Shown piece after piece: positions 59,047 to 64,000 of a DNA stretch of 64,000 bases. The DNA lies in contig JBMOPW010000007.1 in assembly GCA_049322915.1 (NCBI GenBank), positions 32,001 through 96,000 on the forward strand, written 5' to 3'. Below the pieces are notes generated by a model. That model was given only the letters and a program-made list of their open reading frames with translations, was not told where the DNA came from and did no database searches. This stretch comes from Candidatus Zhuqueibacterota bacterium (GTDB taxonomy: Bacteria > Zhuqueibacterota > Zhuqueibacteria > Thermofontimicrobiales > Thermofontimicrobiaceae). The stretch's first letter is position 1. Each line of letters starts with the position of its first letter. Position numbers and translations under genes: made by a program.

Positions 59047-59433
59047 ATGAAGTTAGCAATTGGAACAGATGATGGGATGACAATCAGGCAGGGACATTTC
59101 GGAGAGAGCAAGTATTATTCAATATGTGAAATTCTCAATGGCATTTTTTTTACACAGGAGTTGAGACAGAATCCTTTCCGGGATGAAAAACATGCGGTAC
59201 ATGGTCAAACTGAAAATATCATGGACCTGCTGAACGATTGCCAGATTTTCATCGCCAAAAGCTACGGCATGAAATCTCTGAAGAAAATTGTCCAAAACAA
59301 GATCGATGCCATCATTACAGATCTGGACGACATTGAACGGACAGTTCAATTTTACCTGCATTCGGAAGATATCCATTTTAAATATTATGATGATGAAAAT
59401 GGTCAGTTCAATGCGTGCAGCGATCGCAATTAG
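59047..59433 (+). CDS. NifB/NifX (dinitrogenase FeMo-cofactor-binding) family protein
   Basis: MKLAIGTDDG..I..GHFGES..Y, LR.NP, L.DC. Confidence 0.75.
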   Translation: MKLAIGTDDGMTIRQGHFGESKYYSICEILNGIFFTQELRQNPFRDEKHAVHGQTENIMDLLNDCQIFIAKSYGMKSLKKIVQNKIDAIITDLDDIERTVQFYLHSEDIHFKYYDDENGQFNACSDRN

Positions 59434-59591
59434 CGCGAACCGCGAATAAAAATTCGCACGGTGTCCGATGTAATATCCCGCGTCCGGAGCGTGCGGTGCG
59501 GGCTGGCATCAATGCCGGAGAAACGATTGAAACACGATTCATCGCCACGTAACGACGCACATTACTTACTACTTTGGGAAAGGAAACAGAT

Positions 59592-60020
59592 ATGCCATTC
59601 GGATTTGGAGGCGGCGGCGGTCGCGGCCACGGACATGGGATGGGACGAGGGCGTGGAAGGAATTTTGGAATGATGGAGAGCGACGCAAATTGCGTGTGCC
59701 CTCAATGCAATACAATCGCGCCGCATCAGCGGGGGGTACCCTGCTTTCAGACGATTTGTCCCAGATGCGGGGCGGCGATGACGCGGCAATTCAATGCGGT
59801 CGCTTCGACACAACAGCCGCAATCGTTCTCTTCAAAACCACAACCGCAATCCTTCGTTCCGGTCGTCGATCAGGCTCTGTGTACAGGCTGCCAGCGATGC
59901 GTTGCCGTGTGTCCGTTTGGCGCTATTGAAATAGTGGACAAGAAAGCGGTGATTCAGGCCGACTCGTGCAACAATTGCCGCGTCTGTGTTTCGTCGTGTC
60001 CTGAATCTGCGATTCATTGA
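59592..60020 (+). CDS. Gly/Arg-rich and CxCxxC protein fused to a 2x[4Fe-4S] ferredoxin domain
   Basis: GGGGRGHG.GMGRGRG; CVCPQC..PHQRGVPC....CPRCG; CTGCQRCVAVCP and CNNCRVCVSSCP. Confidence 0.85.
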   Translation: MPFGFGGGGGRGHGHGMGRGRGRNFGMMESDANCVCPQCNTIAPHQRGVPCFQTICPRCGAAMTRQFNAVASTQQPQSFSSKPQPQSFVPVVDQALCTGCQRCVAVCPFGAIEIVDKKAVIQADSCNNCRVCVSSCPESAIH

Positions 60021-61297
60021 TTGGGCAGGTCATGGAGCATGTTATTGAACAATTGCGGCGAGGGCAGCGCGTCGCTTTCTGGGCGACCGTGGCGACATTG
60101 CTGCTGGCGGTGCTCAAAGCAGCGATTGGATTGATTTTCAATTCTCAACTCCTTGTGGCGGACGCCTTTCACAGCGGCGCCGACACCATTGCTATTTTTG
60201 CATCGGCGTTTGGTCTGTGGCTTGCCTCGCATGGGAAAAGCGAACGCTTCCCCTATGGATTGTACCGGGCTGAGACCCTGGGAACGCTGGCCGTGGGCGG
60301 ACTCATTGCGTGGGCTGGCATCGAATTGCTCTTTGATGGGTATTTCAAGCTGGTCACCGTGGCGTCGGTCGGAAAATTTCCCACATTGCCGGTGGCTGCG
60401 AGCATCCTCTCCATGATTGTTGCGATTGTTATTGCCACGAAGGAAAGAGAAGTGGGGCAGGCCATTCATTCCCGGTCATTGATCGCCAATGCGCGGGAAT
60501 CGTTTCTCGATATCGGAACGTCATTCGTCGTATTGGCGGGAATTGTATTCGCCTACTTCAGAATTCCCTACATCGAAGGCGCGACGATAATCCTCATCTC
60601 GCTGCTCATTCTGAAATTGGGTTGGGAAAACCTCTGGCGCTCCCTGCTCATTTTGATGGATGCCAATCTGGAAAAAAATCTACAGCGTCACATTGAAGCC
60701 ACTGCTCGGGACGTCTATGGCGTTCGCGATGTGTACGATGTGAAAATTCGGGAAGCCGGGCCATTTCGCATGGTGGAATTGAAATTTGCAGCCAATCCCT
60801 CGTTGACTCTGTACAAAGCCCATGAGCTGTCCGAAGAAATTGTAAAGGCGATCAAACATTCGTTCGATTTCATCGAATCGGTGTTTGTCCATATCGAACC
60901 ATCGGTGAAAAACGAATTGAATGCCATTTTCCCGGTTGAAGAGATTAAAGGGTTGGATTCACGGGTTCACGGCCATTTTGGTCGCGCTCCGTATTATGCA
61001 ATTCTTCGTGTGGAGGGAGAACGGTTCGAAATCGAGGAATTCTATTTGAACGAATTCCTCGATCGAACCAAACATGTCGGTTTGAATGTCGTGAAGGTCA
61101 TTGTGAACTACAACCTGGATATGCTATTCACAACCCAGATCGGCGAAATTTCTTTCTACATGCTCAAAGAAAATTTCATCGATATTTACCGAATTGAAGA
61201 GGATAGCCTGACAATTCGCGAGGTCATTTCGCGCTACCTCAAAAATCAGATACCGCGCATCACATCGCCGACGCACACGGTGGATGAAGCTGTGTAA
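60017..61297 (+). CDS. Cation diffusion facilitator transporter with C-terminal NifX-like domain
   Basis: ADAFHSGAD, FPYGLYRAE, VFVHIEP; C-terminal V.GHFGRAPYY. Confidence 0.88.
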   Translation: MIGQVMEHVIEQLRRGQRVAFWATVATLLLAVLKAAIGLIFNSQLLVADAFHSGADTIAIFASAFGLWLASHGKSERFPYGLYRAETLGTLAVGGLIAWAGIELLFDGYFKLVTVASVGKFPTLPVAASILSMIVAIVIATKEREVGQAIHSRSLIANARESFLDIGTSFVVLAGIVFAYFRIPYIEGATIILISLLILKLGWENLWRSLLILMDANLEKNLQRHIEATARDVYGVRDVYDVKIREAGPFRMVELKFAANPSLTLYKAHELSEEIVKAIKHSFDFIESVFVHIEPSVKNELNAIFPVEEIKGLDSRVHGHFGRAPYYAILRVEGERFEIEEFYLNEFLDRTKHVGLNVVKVIVNYNLDMLFTTQIGEISFYMLKENFIDIYRIEEDSLTIREVISRYLKNQIPRITSPTHTVDEAV

Positions 61298-61342
61298 CGC
61301 GCATCCGCACATCGCGCCGGCGTATCTTCCGCGCCCTGCGAC

Positions 61343-63439
61343 CTATCGTCTGTCTTTCTCTTTCCGGCGTTTCTCCACAATCTCTTCTGCAATTGAAAAT
61401 GGGACGACTTCATAATGATCGAAATGCATCGATGCGCTGCCCCGGCCAGAGGTGATATTTCGTAACTCTGTGGTGTAACCGAACATTTCCGCCAATGGCA
61501 CCTGAGCCTTCACAACTCGCGTCCCGTTTTTGGCATCCATGCTGAGAATCTTGCCGCGCTTGCTCACGATGCTCCCGGTGATCCCGCCCAAGAATTCTTC
61601 CGAGGCGGTTATCTCAACGGACATCACAGGCTCCAGCAGTTTGGGGCCGGCCTTCTGAAATGCGGCTTTGAAACACATGGACCCGGCAATCCGGAATGCC
61701 ATTTCTGAAGAGTCGACGTCATGGAACGACCCATCGATGAGCGTACACCGCACGTTCACCACTGGAAAGCCGGCGTACGGGCCAAATTCCATGGCATCGA
61801 TAATTCCTTTTTCGATGGCTGGAATATATTCCTTGGGTATGACGCCGCCGATCGTCTTATTGATGAATTCGAACCCTTTTCCCGGTGGCAGTGGCTCCAC
61901 TTCCAAAACCACGTGCGCGAATTGTCCGTGACCGCCGGATTGCTTCGCGTATTTGGTATTTTCCGTGACCGAATTGTAGATGGTCTCGCGATAGGAAACC
62001 TGGGGCACACCGATATCTGTCTCCACCTTGAACTCGCGCTTGAGCCGATCCAGTAAAATTTCCAGATGCAATTCGCCCATCCCGGAGATGACGGTTTCGC
62101 TGGTTTCAGCATCGCTTTTCACGATAAAGGTGGGATCTTCCTCAGCCAGTTTAAGAAGGCTGAGCGAGAGCTTCTCCCGATCCTGCTTGCTTTTCGGCTT
62201 GACAGCGATGGAAACGACCGGCGTCGGGAATTCAATCGCTTCCAGGACAATCGGATGGTCATCGATACAGATTGTATCCCCGGTGGATGATTCGCTCAAA
62301 CCGACAATTGCGCCGATTTCGCCGCAGTATATGGCCTCTTTGCTTTCTATTTTATTGGCATGCACCTGAAAAATTCGTCCGATGCGCTGCCGTTTTTTCT
62401 GGGTTGAATTGTACACATAGGAGCCTGCTTCAATGGAGCCGGAATAGACCCGAATATAAGCAAGCTTGCCGCGATGTTTATCCGTCATGATTTTGAATAC
62501 CAGCGCGGAAAAGTGCTCATCATCCGCCGGCTTTCGTTCCAGCGTGGCCTCATCATCCGATCTCGAAATGCCAATCACCGGCGGCCGGTCAGCCGGAGAA
62601 GGCAGGTAATAGACAATCGCATCCAATAATTTTCGGATGCCTTTGTTTTTGTAGGCGGAACCGCACATGGCCGGGACAATGGAGAGGCTCAGCGTTGCTG
62701 CCCGCAAGGCATCCCGTATCTGCTGTTTGCCAGGCGCTTTGCCTTCAATATACATATTGAACAACTCTTCATCCTGTTCCGCAATTTTCTCGATCATGTT
62801 CTTCCGATATATGTCCACCAACTCCTTCATGTCGTCGGGGATGTCGGTTTCCATGTACGACTGGTTCAATGAGGAGTCATCGTAAAAAATGGCCTTCATT
62901 TCGACGAGGTCGATGATACCCCGAAACTGATCTTCAGCGCCAATGGGGATGACGATGGGCACCACATTCGCGCCGAGCATCTCCTCAATCTCTTTGATCA
63001 CGGTGTAAAAGTCCGCGCCGATGCGGTCCATTTTATTGACGAACGCAATCTTGGGAATCGCGTATTTTTCAGATTGCCGCCACACAGTCTCCGACTGCGG
63101 CTGAACGCCTCCCACTGCGCAAAACAGGGCGATGGTTCCGTCCAGCACGCGCAGGCTGCGCTCGACTTCTGCTGTGAAATCGACGTGTCCCGGCGTGTCG
63201 ATGATATTAATCTCGTGATTTTTCCATGTCGTGGTTGTCGCCGCCGAAGTGATAGTAATACCACGCTCTTTCTCCTGTTCCATCCAGTCCATTGTCGCCT
63301 GTCCATCATGCACTTCTCCCACTTTATGAATTCTACCGGAATAGAATAGAATCCGTTCGGTGGTCGTTGTTTTACCTGCATCGATATGGGCCATTATGCC
63401 AATGTTACGAACTTTTTCTAATGGTAAAATTGTAGACAC
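61343..63439 (-). CDS. fusA: Elongation factor G (stand-alone copy)
   Basis: [63 protein letters not shown] start with AAGGAG RBS. Confidence 0.95.
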   Translation of the reverse strand: MSTILPLEKVRNIGIMAHIDAGKTTTTERILFYSGRIHKVGEVHDGQATMDWMEQEKERGITITSAATTTTWKNHEINIIDTPGHVDFTAEVERSLRVLDGTIALFCAVGGVQPQSETVWRQSEKYAIPKIAFVNKMDRIGADFYTVIKEIEEMLGANVVPIVIPIGAEDQFRGIIDLVEMKAIFYDDSSLNQSYMETDIPDDMKELVDIYRKNMIEKIAEQDEELFNMYIEGKAPGKQQIRDALRAATLSLSIVPAMCGSAYKNKGIRKLLDAIVYYLPSPADRPPVIGISRSDDEATLERKPADDEHFSALVFKIMTDKHRGKLAYIRVYSGSIEAGSYVYNSTQKKRQRIGRIFQVHANKIESKEAIYCGEIGAIVGLSESSTGDTICIDDHPIVLEAIEFPTPVVSIAVKPKSKQDREKLSLSLLKLAEEDPTFIVKSDAETSETVISGMGELHLEILLDRLKREFKVETDIGVPQVSYRETIYNSVTENTKYAKQSGGHGQFAHVVLEVEPLPPGKGFEFINKTIGGVIPKEYIPAIEKGIIDAMEFGPYAGFPVVNVRCTLIDGSFHDVDSSEMAFRIAGSMCFKAAFQKAGPKLLEPVMSVEITASEEFLGGITGSIVSKRGKILSMDAKNGTRVVKAQVPLAEMFGYTTELRNITSGRGSASMHFDHYEVVPFSIAEEIVEKRRKEKDRR

Positions 63440-63533
63440 AACTAACTCCTTTAACTGATCAATAGCTCAATTGCTTAAAAACAGAAAACAAAGAGGAAGG
63501 CCTTCGCCTTCCTCTATAATTTTAAAGGCGGAA

Positions 63534-63562
63534 AATATACTGGTATTTATATTAAAAGTCAA
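63534..63562 (-). promoter_or_regulatory. Candidate sigma70 promoter of fusA
   Basis: Minus strand TTGACT-N17-TATATT. Confidence 0.55.
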
Positions 63563-63907
63563 TAGTTATTTTCAGAATTATTGAATTTGAGGATGCGATC
63601 TGGCGCTCTCACGGAATTGCCAGGCGGAACATGTTCGGCCTGATTCAATCGAAACGTTGCAGCCGTTGAGTTTTTAAAATGGTTGAACAGCGACAGTCAA
63701 TGTCTGACGCCCAATGCACCGCAGGTTTTTTAGCTTGATTATTCCATAATTTTTTTGTATATAATACCGCGCAGCGAGCCTAACCCATCGGAAGATAAAG
63801 CCGATTGCGAAGAATTTCAAGTCGCCGAGGTGTTGGCGGAGCATGAAAAAACCTGTCTGGTTTGATAACAAAATGAACTTATCCCTATATTTTCACGGAG
63901 GCGAAGT

Positions 63908-64000
63908 ATGAAACCCATCGATAGACGACAATTTTTGAAAACAGCCGGTGCGGCCGGATTGGCGCTGAGCGGATTCGGCAGTTTGCCGTTCGGCTTTGGC
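63908..64000 (+). CDS. N-terminus of a Tat-exported protein, truncated by the window edge
   Basis: GGAGG RBS; MKPIDRRQFLKTAGAAGLALSG. Confidence 0.75.
   Translation, partial: MKPIDRRQFLKTAGAAGLALSGFGSLPFGFG

Noticed and set aside
59047..59433. Nitrogen fixation gene cluster
   Set aside because: NifX-like domains are common in non-diazotrophs; no nifHDK in the window.

Overview
Bacterial chromosomal DNA of moderate GC with AT-rich intergenic stretches. PorV, C-terminal sorting (CTD/FlgD-Ig) proteins, a GWxTD protein and TonB-dependent receptors (TBDRs) suggest an FCB-group lineage such as KSB1, Calditrichota or Ignavibacteriota; this is inference. Left to right the window holds: the 5' half of a cGAS/DncV-like nucleotidyltransferase (CBASS cyclase) that runs off the left edge and is missing from the ORF track; pyrR-pyrB-pyrC with a consensus promoter and PyrR attenuator; an aminotransferase; an Oar-type TBDR and an NPP phosphodiesterase; a GWxTD gene with an in-frame TAG; a TBDR/PorV/CTD envelope cluster; rlmI; an unassigned (alpha/alpha)6 glycosidase; an SSS symporter with an inserted membrane domain; pepP; two GH29 fucosidases; a decayed type III R-M locus with two 24-bp in-frame palindromic insertions and an embedded NTase gene pair; and a 12-kb locus (two GHL10 hydrolases, FAD oxidoreductase, YkuD-motif lipoprotein, IT-family transporter, stand-alone hydantoinase/oxoprolinase-A protein, DUF5009/HGSNAT-like acyltransferase). 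I propose that last locus as a candidate undescribed cell-wall/amino-sugar scavenging system. The window ends with a sulfatase, M20 peptidase, glutaredoxin, orphan groES, a NifX/ferredoxin/CDF-NifX operon and a stand-alone fusA with a possible leader attenuator. Four MITEs with GTAAC-type ends and 8-bp target duplications are dispersed in the window. No rRNA, tRNA or CRISPR array was recognised. All calls are by-eye motif recognition; no searches were run.
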